A stretch of DNA of 64,000 nucleotides from Selaginella moellendorffii. Taxonomy: Eukaryota > Plantae > Lycopodiophyta. A program made the translations under genes and the position numbers. Where the stretch lies: assembly GCF_000143415.4 (NCBI RefSeq), contig NW_003314284.1:1869715-1933714 (forward strand), read 5' to 3'. Shown in pieces: positions 1-10,185 of the stretch. Position 1 is the first letter of the stretch; each line of letters opens with the position of its first letter. The notes below the pieces were generated by a model. That model was not told where the DNA came from. It made no database searches and saw only the letters and a program-made list of their open reading frames with translations.

Positions 1-266
1 CCTACTGCTGCATCAGCTTTTCAAGCATGTAGCTTGCACAGCTTTTGTGATGACACTCGAAGGTACGTATACAAATACACATTCCCTCCCTCCATCCACC
101 ACCACCCCAGAATGGGCCTGCAAATCTCCAAAGCTGAAACCAAGTGGCAGCAAGTGTGATTTTGTGTGTGCAACAAGGTGAAAAGCTTGTTCAAAACTCA
201 GGCGGAGAAATCAGTCAAAAAAGACTTCCATGTTGGTGTTGTTGTTGCAGGCAGGCAAGCCCCGCC

Positions 267-305
267 GCCACGTGGCGCAGGCCGGCTGTACGAACGCACT
301 ATAAA
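267..305 (+). promoter_or_regulatory. Putative Pol II promoter of pri-miR319: perfect G-box GCCACGTGGC plus TATAAA
   Basis: GCCACGTGGC at 267-276 and TATAAA at 300-305, followed by a non-coding CT/GA-rich leader that runs toward the MIR319 hairpin. The TSS assignment is inference. Confidence 0.5.
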
Positions 306-629
306 GCTCCCCCGAGAGAGAGAGAGTGTTGTCCCGTCAACCACAGCTCTCATTTTTCCATGAGCTAATCCAAAGTATCACCTCAGATCTTTTCCTTTCT
401 CTCTTATCATCGTGGGGGTTGTGTGGCTAATCTGGCTCTGGCGGCTCTCTGGCCGTTCGTGTTTTTGCGGTGCTGCACTTTTGCGCGACCTTTTGCTTTG
501 CCTGTTTCAGAGATTCGCACGGCTTTTTAATTTTGTGCTGGCGGGTTTTCCTTGTCTCTTGCCTGGCTCGCTCTTGCCGCTGCTGCCGCTGCTCGCTTTT
601 CACTTCACATCGAGCCCAGCAGCCAGCGA

Positions 630-692
630 GAAAAGAGAGAGAGAGTGAGCAAGAAAGGAGAGTGAGGGAGAGTGAGAGAGAGAGAGAGAGTG
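630..692 (+). repeat. Imperfect (GA)n microsatellite
   Basis: GA/GAGT tract seen directly in the sequence. Confidence 0.8.
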
Positions 693-1064
693 AATGGGAT
701 TTTGACATATTGGGTCTTCTCATTCCAGAGGGATGGGTTCTCACCGACGCCGACGCGGACACCGACGACGACGACGCGCGGGCGAGCCAGAGAGGAGATT
801 GTTAGCGTGTGATAGACAATGTTGGTGCTGCTGCTGCCTGCAATCCATCTACAATCTATCCAATTCTCTCTTCGTCCTTGAGGTACGTTCCTCCTTTCAT
901 GCTCCTGACTGCTTTCAATGCTTGCATTCCAGAAATCTAGGCAGAAATCTGGGCAGGAGGGAGGAATGAATGATCCAAAAACCTGCGCTCTTTTCAGCGA
1001 TGGCGTGGGGCCTGGAAACAAATACGTTTAGATTTTTTCTCGTTGTGTGTGTGTTTTTGTTCGC

Positions 1065-1262
1065 GGGAGCTTCCTTTAGTTCAACTCAGGTGGAGCTGGA
1101 GATGGTCCTGCTGCCGACTCATGCATCCGCGTACCTTGGAAAGTTACAATGCCAGTTTCAGAAAGAGAGCTTCTTTTGTCCAGTGGTAGACGCTTGCATG
1201 ATGCGGGAGCTGGTTCTCTCTCGAGCTTTGATCGACCTGCCTTGGACTGAAGGGAGCTCCCT
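1065..1262 (+). ncRNA. MIR319: MIR319 precursor hairpin (mature miR319 on the 3' arm)
   Basis: TTGGACTGAAGGGAGCTCCC at 1242-1261 is the canonical miR319 sequence. The star arm GGGAGCTTCCTTTAGTTCAA is at 1065-1084. A loop-proximal duplex typical of MIR159/319 is present: CTGCCGACTCATGCA (about 1111-1125) pairs with TGCATGATGCGGGAG (about 1195-1209). Confidence 0.95.
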
Positions 1263-1603
1263 TGTTCCCACAAAACACTCCACTCGCGCGAAAATGACTT
1301 GGACACCCAAAGCAGCCTCTGCTGATCTCCTTCCGCTTGAGTGTTCCTCAGGATTTTGCGAGAGATGATAATATCTTAGGCTATATATCTTCAGAGAGAA
1401 ATAATAAATATGTTACACCAGTACTTGCAAACTGAGAATCCCCGCAAGTCCAACACGGAACAACAGTTTTCTTTCCTCTCTTTTTCCGATTTTATTTTTA
1501 AATTTTAAATTTCTTTTCTCTAGATTTGACTCGTTAAGAAAATCCACTTCCCAGTCGTGCAGCTGCAACTGCTGCTGCTGCCGCTGTTGCACACAACAAC
1601 ATC

Positions 1604-1687
1604 CTTTTCAAAACTAGAGTATAATTTTCCAAGCACACATCACCAGAAGTCGAGTCACACTTTTCAAAACTAGAGTATAATTTTCCA
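1604..1687. repeat. 28-bp perfect direct repeat
   Basis: CTTTTCAAAACTAGAGTATAATTTTCCA at 1604-1631 and 1660-1687. Confidence 0.9.
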
Positions 1688-2161
1688 TGAATTTCTGGCT
1701 TTGTTTTTTTGCATTAGAAGAATCAGAGAGTGAGAGCTACTACAGCGGCAGCATCAGTGTTTGGAAATATATGTTACAAAGAACCTCCGCTCTTGACCGG
1801 GACGTAAAAACAGCACCAAAACAAATAAGAAAACGAAGGGAAAAAAAAAAAAAAAAAACAAAAGAAGGAAAGAATCGAAGGAAAAAAACAACCAGAAGAC
1901 GGACAAATGGTGGTGGTGATGAAGTGGAGAAGATGAAGAAGATAGAATACAACCCTTTGGTCTTGTAGAAATACACCCCGAAACTGTAAGCTGAAGGAAT
2001 GCAAAACCCACGAACGTCAGCAAGGCAACAAAACCAGCACTCAACTTTTCTTTTCCCAAGTGTTCTTCTGCTCCTCTCTGTTTGTGTGTGTGTGTGTTCG
2101 ACTGTTTGTGTTTGTGTAGGCCTATGTGTTCTTCGTCTCGTCTCGTCTCGTCTCGTGGAAC

Positions 2162-5100
2162 TCACGACGAGATTGGCTCGTAAGGATACGAGAGCCACGG
2201 ATGCTTGAGTGCCTCGGCCGCGCTGGGACGGTTCTTGGGATTAATCTGGAGAAGGAACGCCACAAACTCGAGGAACCCCTGGTCACCCATGGGCAGACGA
2301 TGTGCCAGCGTCGTTTTCTTGGGAATTAAGTACTCCATGCGGCTAGTCTCCTGTTTTGTCTCGTTAACCAAAACCACAAAGCTGGACACTGCACTTTACC
2401 TGGTTGCGCTCATACAGCTTGCCGTTCTTCGTCAAGAATTTGTAAGATTCGCGTCCTCTGGCCACCATCTCAGGATCTAGAGGGCCAATAATGCCGACAA
2501 CGCGGGCGAGCAGCGTTGCCAGGGAGTCATTCTGGAATAGTACCTGTAAACACACGAGAACGAACGTTAGCATGGCATGGTTTCAGCATCACAAATACTC
2601 ACATTTCCTGAGCAAAGCTCCGCTAGAATACACCCCAGGGACCAAATGTCAATCTTCTGGTCGTAGGGAAGGCCCAGTATAACTTCTGGCGCTCGATAAG
2701 ATCGGGATTGCACGTAAGAGCACAGGTGGTCGCTTTGAAAGCAGCTGCTCCCGAGATCAATCACCTTCACTTCGCACCGGCTGTAGCTCTTTACTAGTAT
2801 GTTCTCCGGCTTCAAATCGCAATGTATCAATCCAAGGCCATGCAAGAACTCCAGTGCCTCCAAACACTGGCGAGTAATAGACTGCAAAGTTTCGAGTGTT
2901 AAGAATAAAATCCACCTGTGAGCTAGAACACTTCCTACCTGCAATCTAGGCATCGTGAAATAGACCTCCCCTCCCGAATCTCGGTTGTACTTGTGAAACT
3001 CATACAGATTAGCTCGTAGTAGCTCACATACGATAAATAGGTGTTCCTGAAAAGTTTGGTTTCAGTACCGACAGTGAGAATTGCACAAAACGTCTTACCC
3101 GATGATAGAAGTAATCATATAACCGTAGAATATGGTACTTGTCCGCCGGATCGTGTTTGTTGATGTACTTCAGCAGCTTGATCTCGTCAAGGCTTTGATC
3201 AAAGAAATCCTTGTTATTCTTGATGATCTTCATACAAACATCCATGCCAGTGAAGAGGTCATGCGCCTGGATGGCCTTGCTGAAAGCTGCGGCTCCAAGG
3301 AACTCCGTAACATGATAGCGACCAGCGATTACCGAGTTGATCAGAACCTGGAAATCCTTATCTTCCTCGAATCCAGTTCTAAAAACCAAACGAAAGAAGC
3401 AGCGTCAGTGGCGTGAATGAAAGCACAAACCGTGCAGTACCTGTTTTTCCTGTGAATAATTTTCAAGTCAAAGGTCTCAAACTCCTCCTCTTCAGCTTGC
3501 AAGCGATGAAAATGCTCATGAACAGCTATTGCTTCTTCGTCATACGCGGCTGCAGCCTCAGTCTCGTCCCTCTGTGCATCCACATCCTCGTCATCAACTC
3601 GCTCTTCTTCAACACTGAGGGAGTCCTCGGTAGAGCCAGGTGACACAGTTGAGTGTGTCGACAAAGCCAGACGGAGCTCGTGATCCTCCCCGCCGCTAAT
3701 AATCGGAGATGACTCGTTGCTTTTGCGTTTCCAAGAGGCTAGCGTGTCATCTGGACCAACGAAGCCGTTAGCAAATTGATCTACCTCCTCACCCCGAGAC
3801 GATATTTCTCTTGTTGACCACAAGGACCTCCCGGACTCTGCTCTAGAACCATCAACATCGCCAGCACTTGATGGAGACGGAAAAGAAAAGCCGCCGAACT
3901 GAAAGGCACCGAGCTGCTCTTCCGCGAGCTGCGTCTCAACGCTGCCGTTTCTGTCTACCTCCTCACATCCATTTGCCTGTGCTTTGTGACCCCACGGCCT
4001 GTTGTAATACTGGAGAACAATGTCATGTTCTTCTTCCGCGGAGCTTGGTCCTCCCTGTTTGAAACATTGCTGGCGGCGTTTCTCCACGTCCAAGAAACCG
4101 TTGCGTCCTTGAAAGTCACAATCCTGTAGACTTCCGACTTCCCCGTCACTACTTTCGGCAAGGTACGTTTCTCGAATTTCCCGGCTAAAGTCATCCTGGT
4201 CATTGGCAGTTGTAGCAGCCTGATCCTTCCTTATCGCATTCCCTTGAACAACAAAACCTTGCCAAGCTGGCTCGGACCGAATCTGCTTCAGCTCTTCTGA
4301 ATCTAGCAGCTGACCATCGTAGTCGTTGGCATGCGGCCTAAAAGAAAGCTCATCAGCTGCACCGCATAAGGCGTCGACATCTGCGTCACCGTTGTTATCT
4401 CTGGCGTCTCTTCCTCTGTAGTATTCCTCTCCAGAAAAGTAAGACTCCACATAAGAACGGTCATCGTCATCATATTTCCCATAAGTTGTACCTTGCTGGG
4501 CAGGGTTATGTTCTATTCGTGCTCTTTCCTCTTCACTGGGATAATTGATCTCACTTGCCAGAAATTCTTTCTCGTCGTCAATGGGCCGTCGTGTGTACCC
4601 AGGATCGTCATCGTCTTCGTAGGCGTCAGAATCCCAATACTCATCCGGATACTCAGCAGCCGACCCGTCACCTGCGTTTGCAAACGATGCTGATGGATCT
4701 TCCACAATGCCATGGCTAACAGATGGTCTGTTAATAGCAGCACAGCGTTTGGTACCTGCATGTCGTGGTGTTAGAGCTAGATCGTGTGTGGAAATAACTG
4801 CGAGCTTACCCGACGACAAAATGTCTTGGCCAACAGGAACGTCAAGAAAAGATCCAAGTGCAAAAGAAGATGCGTCCAGCGGGTCCATCTCTACGTCAGC
4901 GTCAGACCCTACTCGACAGTGTGCAACCCATTCGTCTGGTATCTTCTCCACGGATTTCAGCCTCACCGGAGGAAGCCTAGGAAACCCGCTTGATCTCTCA
5001 GAACCATCACCAGAACCTCTTGCTTTATCTTGTCCTCCTTTCTGGTTTGAAGAGTTTGCTGATGATGTCGGCCGCGACGCAAGACAACTTTCTTCCGGTT

Positions 5101-5794
5101 TACCGTCTTCTGCTGCTTCTTTTCTAGTGGATCGGATGTTAGACACCTGTGGTTCATCGGTACTCTCCGGACCACTCCGTTCGCTCCTGGCCTCCATCGA
5201 CTTATGACGAGCAGCTCCCTTGTGCTTCTGATCGTTGTGCGTCTGCGAGCTCTTCCTTCCCTGCGAAAACCCCAGCTCGTCTAGCGGATGAACCTTTCCC
5301 AGCTGCGGACCCTGCTTTGTCCCGGGCACCCAAAGCAGCTCATCTTTCTGTTCCCAGAATCCCTCGTTCGACGACTCCAAGCTCGACTCTCCCACCACCT
5401 TGACCTTTGCAGCATTCTCAGTGCCGGCACTGCCGGTAGCACGACGCTTGTCCTCTGCTACCTCAAGTTCCGGACCAGCTTGCACAGAAGCACTCGTGGT
5501 CTGCTCAGTCGACTTTGGCACGCCCATGTAGTACTTAACCAGCGTAGAGTTCCTTTGGCAGTCCGCAACCTCGGAAACCAGCAGCTTTTCATTCTGGACG
5601 TCGCTTGGCACGGAAGCATCCTCGGCAAGCTCTTTGGCGGGCACCTTGTTACTCTGGACGCCAAGATCAACGTCGATGGAGAAGAGGCCATTCGAGACTT
5701 CACGGCCGGCGAGCTCCGCCTTAAGAGCAGCTTCCGCCTGTAAGAAGTGGTGCTGCCGGAGATAGTCCAAGATGGAGCCGACCGTGTCGGCCAT
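2162..5794 (-). CDS. Plant DYRKP-type (DYRK-like CMGC) Ser/Thr protein kinase, multi-exon
   Basis: Kinase motifs HCDLKPEN, DLGSS, YVQSRSYRAPEVILG and AAFSKAIQAHD; long acidic N-terminus; C-terminus HPWLSYPYEPISS*. An in-frame 54-bp intron lies at 4756-4809, with further short introns. Confidence 0.92.
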
Positions 5795-6315
5795 TGCAGC
5801 TCCTTCCCACTCAACTAGACCAATGCCCTATAATCAACAGCCTCATAGCCACGCTACTTCTTGAAAGGAGCTCCCCTAACTGGATCGTTTACCCTACCCA
5901 GCCGGCTCTTCTTCCCGATCACTCCCCCTCAATCCCAGCCCAGGCGATACTACTCCCGGCAGCAAGCTCTCGCTCCTCCTGGCAGCTGCATTCCTCTTTC
6001 ACGGCCTTACCTCCGCCGCATTTCCCTGTTCCATTGCCGCCGGAAGATCAAGCCAACCTCGAATCCAGCCCTAGCTCTCCGGAAACTCCCACCACGCCTC
6101 TAACCCTAGCGCTCCCTTGCCACGCCGCAAGACGCCATAGCCCGCTCCTCTCTGGTCCTAGGTATTGGGGGGAAACGAAAATAAAAGAATAAAAGGGAAG
6201 AAAACGCAAAGATTAAAAAAACTTTTGCTCGTCCCCGGATTCGAACACCCGCCCTAAATAAACTTTTGGTCGCCCGGAATCGAACCCCCACCCTTTGAAG
6301 ACGTTCGCCTTAGAA

Positions 6316-7370
6316 CTAAAACGATGGTCTTCTCGCGATGGCGTCGAGGTCGCGCTGCGTTGGAAAATCCTTGTAGGGGTAGTAGACCTCTTGCGGATCA
6401 TCGTAGAGCACCACGAAACTCATGAGCTTGTAGTTGATCTCGACGTGGAAGCACTTGCGGGGCTTGATCGCTACGCGCTGCGCAGTGCCTCGCTTCTTAA
6501 CGTTGCCGCCACCGCGACCCCGGCCTCTACCTCGGCCCCCGCCTCTCATCCCACCTCGGATCCCCCCGGCACCTCGGCCTCTACCTCGGCCCTGCGTGTC
6601 ACCCGCGGCTCCGCCTTGCCTGGGCTGCCCGAGCACCCAGCTGAGAGCGCTGTCCGCCGCGCTCTTCTCGGCCTCGTCCTGTGTCTCGCACGGCGAGCTC
6701 GCGAAGCGCTTGCCCCGGATCACCACCGTCCCCACGAACTTGTTCTTGTAGCCGGCCGAGACGCTGTAGCGAGGAGCCTGGTAGCCGGCTTTCAAGTACA
6801 TTGCTCCCAGCAGCGTCTTGGGATCTAGCTCGCGAACTTTGCTGTACAAGTAGAGTGCTACATCGTCTTGTATGCTCTGTCAATCCACAAACAAGGTAAG
6901 CCACTGGTTCCAGAAAATTTGAGAAGTACCACACCATATCTTTCTCGATCAGATCCAGAATCACGTCCCTCTCATCTCTTCCTCCTCCCGTTCCAGCCTA
7001 GAAACGAGGCGGGCATAAGTTGACGTGAGAAGTGAGAAAAGAAAGACCTTACTCCTTCATCGTCGCCACCGGGAGGCTCGTCGGCATAGCCTCGGTATTG
7101 CGTCCTCGCCCAGCCACCCCGACCCCAATTCTCACGCCTAGACGAAGAATGCCACCCATTCTCCGACGCAAATCCACAGATCCCACGCTCCTGCTGCTGC
7201 CTGATTAGCGGCGCACTGCCGATATCATCGCTCCATCCATAGCGCTCCTCCAATCCACAACAGCTGCCGGGCGAATTCGTGCTCGCATTTCCACTCGCAT
7301 TCCACCAATCTAGCCCGGCGCGAGCTCCAAGAACACACCGGCGTCCGCGAAATCGAGAGAGCCTCAGCAT
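6316..7370 (-). CDS. Double-stranded RNA-binding domain protein with RGG tract and organellar transit-like N-terminus (3 exons)
   Basis: Model 7370-7053, 6997-6935, 6876-6316 (both introns GT-AG, phase 0). dsRBD-like segment DPKTLLGAMYLKAGYQAPRY...EAEKSAADSAL, followed by RGRGRGAGGIRGGMRGGGRGRGRG. Confidence 0.7.
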
Positions 7371-7548
7371 TGCATTGCCTACGCTACCTGGCCTCACCTA
7401 GGCGATCTCCATCCTCGCCACAAACCCTAATATCTCCCAGGACGCAAAAACCCCAGGTGAGAGAACCCTAGGCCATTCGATCAAGAACAGTATCAATGAC
7501 AGCCGTTGGATCAAGAACAGTTTAAACAATCCCCACTCTCTCTCTCTC

Positions 7549-8082
7549 TCACGGCCCATACCAGAACCTCGACAGTTTCCTCAACAGTCGATCGTCCTTC
7601 TTGCCGATCAATGCGTCCAATTTGGCCTCGCAGCGATTCACCGCGCTGGCGATGCTCCTCTCGTCCTCGCGCAGCGCATCGGCGATGATGCTCTTGAGGC
7701 TGGCAAGCTCCTCCGATCGCTTGCGCGCGTACCACTGCTCCATCTCCTCGCGGCACATAAGCCCAGCAATCTCCGTGGCGCCGCCCTTGGGCAGCTTTAG
7801 CAGATTGTTGAGCCCCTCCACCTCGATCCGCAAGCTTTCCTTGAGCTCCAGCAGCCGGAGCAATCGCTTGGAGGCCGCCTCCGGGTCGAATTCCTTGTTG
7901 CTCTTGTTGTGCAGGCTCTTTTTCGCGAGCTTTCCGGGCTTTCGCAAAACCTTGGCCGACGCTGGTGGAGGAGGACAAAAAGCTAAGAGTTTCACCCGCG
8001 GGCGAAGCAAATTACCGGCCTCCAGGAGCGCGCTCGAGTGGAAGCTCCGCGCGCAATGCCTGTGAAAAGCCGCCATAGCCAT
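7549..8082 (-). CDS. Hypothetical coiled-coil protein with mitochondrial-presequence-like N-terminus
   Basis: Intronless ORF MAMAAFHRHCARSFHSSALL..., GC3-rich codons and a helical C-terminal half. No family recognised. Confidence 0.55.
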   Translation of the reverse strand: MAMAAFHRHCARSFHSSALLEAGNLLRPRVKLLAFCPPPPASAKVLRKPGKLAKKSLHNKSNKEFDPEAASKRLLRLLELKESLRIEVEGLNNLLKLPKGGATEIAGLMCREEMEQWYARKRSEELASLKSIIADALREDERSIASAVNRCEAKLDALIGKKDDRLLRKLSRFWYGP

Positions 8083-8407
8083 GAAGAACAACAAGAAAGA
8101 CGGAAGTTAGGTTAAAGTGAGCCTATTTTATGAATTAGGCTCAAAACAAATGCCCAAGAATGGCATTGTTTAAACTAGACACTAAATACCCATCATAGGC
8201 ATCTGCTGCATAGCAAGTTAATCAATCAAATACCATGACTAATAAGGAAATCTCAATCGTTATCTGCCAATGCCATTGTCAGCCGTTAAAGTGTGAGACG
8301 ATTTAGGGTAAATAGGTGCAACAGAATGTCCAAAGAAGTCATGTTTTGCAACAAACAATACTTGGAAGTAAATGCCCAACGCCGGCATTTGCTACAAAGT
8401 CACCAAA

Positions 8408-9928
8408 TCAATCAAATGCCACGACTGGGACGGGGTATCTGTCAATGCAGTCGCTCCAGGCGCCGGGTCCGCGCGGCTCCACGTCCCGGAGCGCGACCCA
8501 CACCGCGCTGTTACACTTGAATCCCGATCCAAACGCGATCTGCCACACGCGGTGGCCGCGCCGTACCCGCCCCTTGGCCTCGGCGTACCCGAGCTCGTAC
8601 CACAGCGAGCTGCTGGACGTGTTCCCGAACCGATGCAGCGTTATGCGCGACGGCTCCAGGTGCCTGGCCGAGAGCCCGAGGTTGTGCTGGATCGCGTCCA
8701 GCACCGCGCGGCCGCCGGCGTGGATGCAAAAGTGCTCCACCGCCAGCTTGAAGTCGGGGATGTATGGCTTGATCTTGCGATTGCCCAAGAGCTTGCGCGC
8801 GACGAGGGTGGCGAAGAAGCACAGCTGCTCGGACACGGGCAGGATGAGCGGACCCAGCGTCGTGATGTTGGTCTTGAGCGCGTCGCCGGCCTGGGCCATG
8901 AGATCCTTGGAGAGGTTGACGCCGATCGTCCCGGAGGAATCCTCGTCCTGGAACACGCACTGGTAGCTCTCGTCGCTGGCGCCCTTGTGCGTTCTCACCG
9001 CGTGGACGAGCTCGTACTTGGGCTTGATCCTCCGCGAGGAGGTGGCGAGGAGGAGCGCGGCGCCGCCCATCCGGAAGATGCAATTGGGTAGGAGCTTGGC
9101 GCGATCGTTGCCGTGGTACCAGTTGAGCGTGCAGCTCTCGGTGCTCACCACCATGGCCAGCGTCTCCGGGTGGACCTGGAGGAGATCCCGCGCCAGCGCC
9201 ACCGCGATCACGCCCGCGCTGCAACCCATCCCACCCAGGTTGTAGCTCTGGATGTTGCCGCGCATCCCAAACCGGCGCACGATCGCGGCGGACAGCGATG
9301 GCGTCGGCACGAAGAGGCTGCAATTCACGATCAGGATGCCCACCTCCTTGGCCTTGATCTGCGTCTTGTCCAGCAGCTCCTCCACCGCGGAGAACATCAC
9401 CATCTCCGTCTCCTCGCGCGCCAGCGCCATGCTCCCGCGCGGCTCCGCCATGAACACCACCGGCGGGAGGTACGTCTCGTCCCCCAGCCCGGATCGATCC
9501 ACGATCTTGCGCTGGAAGTCGATGCTCTCCTGGGTGAATCGCCCCGTGCTGCGCGACGCCTGGATGAATCGATCCCTGGAGCACTTAAGCTCGTCGGGGG
9601 GCTTGTAGCAGGCGAAGTCGATGAGATAGACGGGCGTGGGGCGGGAGAAGGCGTAGAGCGTGGCGGCGAACACCATCGCCGCGGTGCACGCCAGGAGATT
9701 GGCGAGGTGGTAGTGGAGCGCCTCGCACAGCCGGTGGAGATCGTGGCGGCCCAGGCCCAGCGACGCGATGGCCACGAACAGGACTGGCAGCGCTACGAAC
9801 CACACGAAATGCCGGCTCGCGTCCCAGTAGCCGAGCTTCACGTACTTGAGCTTCACCGACGTGAGCCACGAGATCTTCTTCTTCTCGCGCTCCTCCTTGA
9901 TCTGGAGATTGAGATCGTGCTGATCCAT
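8408..9928 (-). CDS. KCS: 3-ketoacyl-CoA synthase (FAE1/KCS, VLCFA elongase condensing enzyme), intronless
   Basis: Motifs YNLGGMGCSAG, FCIHAGGRAV, RFGNTSSSSLWYEL and WQIAFGSGFKCNSAVW; two N-terminal TM helices. Confidence 0.97.
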   Translation of the reverse strand: MDQHDLNLQIKEEREKKKISWLTSVKLKYVKLGYWDASRHFVWFVALPVLFVAIASLGLGRHDLHRLCEALHYHLANLLACTAAMVFAATLYAFSRPTPVYLIDFACYKPPDELKCSRDRFIQASRSTGRFTQESIDFQRKIVDRSGLGDETYLPPVVFMAEPRGSMALAREETEMVMFSAVEELLDKTQIKAKEVGILIVNCSLFVPTPSLSAAIVRRFGMRGNIQSYNLGGMGCSAGVIAVALARDLLQVHPETLAMVVSTESCTLNWYHGNDRAKLLPNCIFRMGGAALLLATSSRRIKPKYELVHAVRTHKGASDESYQCVFQDEDSSGTIGVNLSKDLMAQAGDALKTNITTLGPLILPVSEQLCFFATLVARKLLGNRKIKPYIPDFKLAVEHFCIHAGGRAVLDAIQHNLGLSARHLEPSRITLHRFGNTSSSSLWYELGYAEAKGRVRRGHRVWQIAFGSGFKCNSAVWVALRDVEPRGPGAWSDCIDRYPVPVVAFD

Positions 9929-10185
9929 TGCCGTGCCTATCTCGATTCGCGGATCGCTCCTAAACCAGGGGAGCAACCATCATCGCCGCAATCAAACAGC
10001 CCTAAATCTCTGCAAACACGTTGAGCACGGCAATGGAATTTGTTCTTGACAAGAACATGAATGCCGGCCTCCACCAAACATTTTCTCCCATGAATGCGGA
10101 TCAGACAAGCTCGGTCCTTCATTGGTCCTTCATTAGCCCTAAATTCTAAAGAATATACTTGTTGTATTGCCACGGAAAGAATATG

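Noticed and set aside
970-1368. 132-aa plus-strand ORF
   Set aside because: It overlaps the MIR319 hairpin and has no protein-like motifs.
6219-6294. tRNA gene
   Set aside because: Only T-loop/B-box-like motifs are present; no acceptor stem, D arm or anticodon arm could be built.
8316-10024. Long antisense and alternate-frame ORFs (216-357 aa) over KCS
   Set aside because: Shadow ORFs expected from GC3-rich codon usage; the same applies over GT90, SHI, bZIP, NUP35 and the PMD-like gene.
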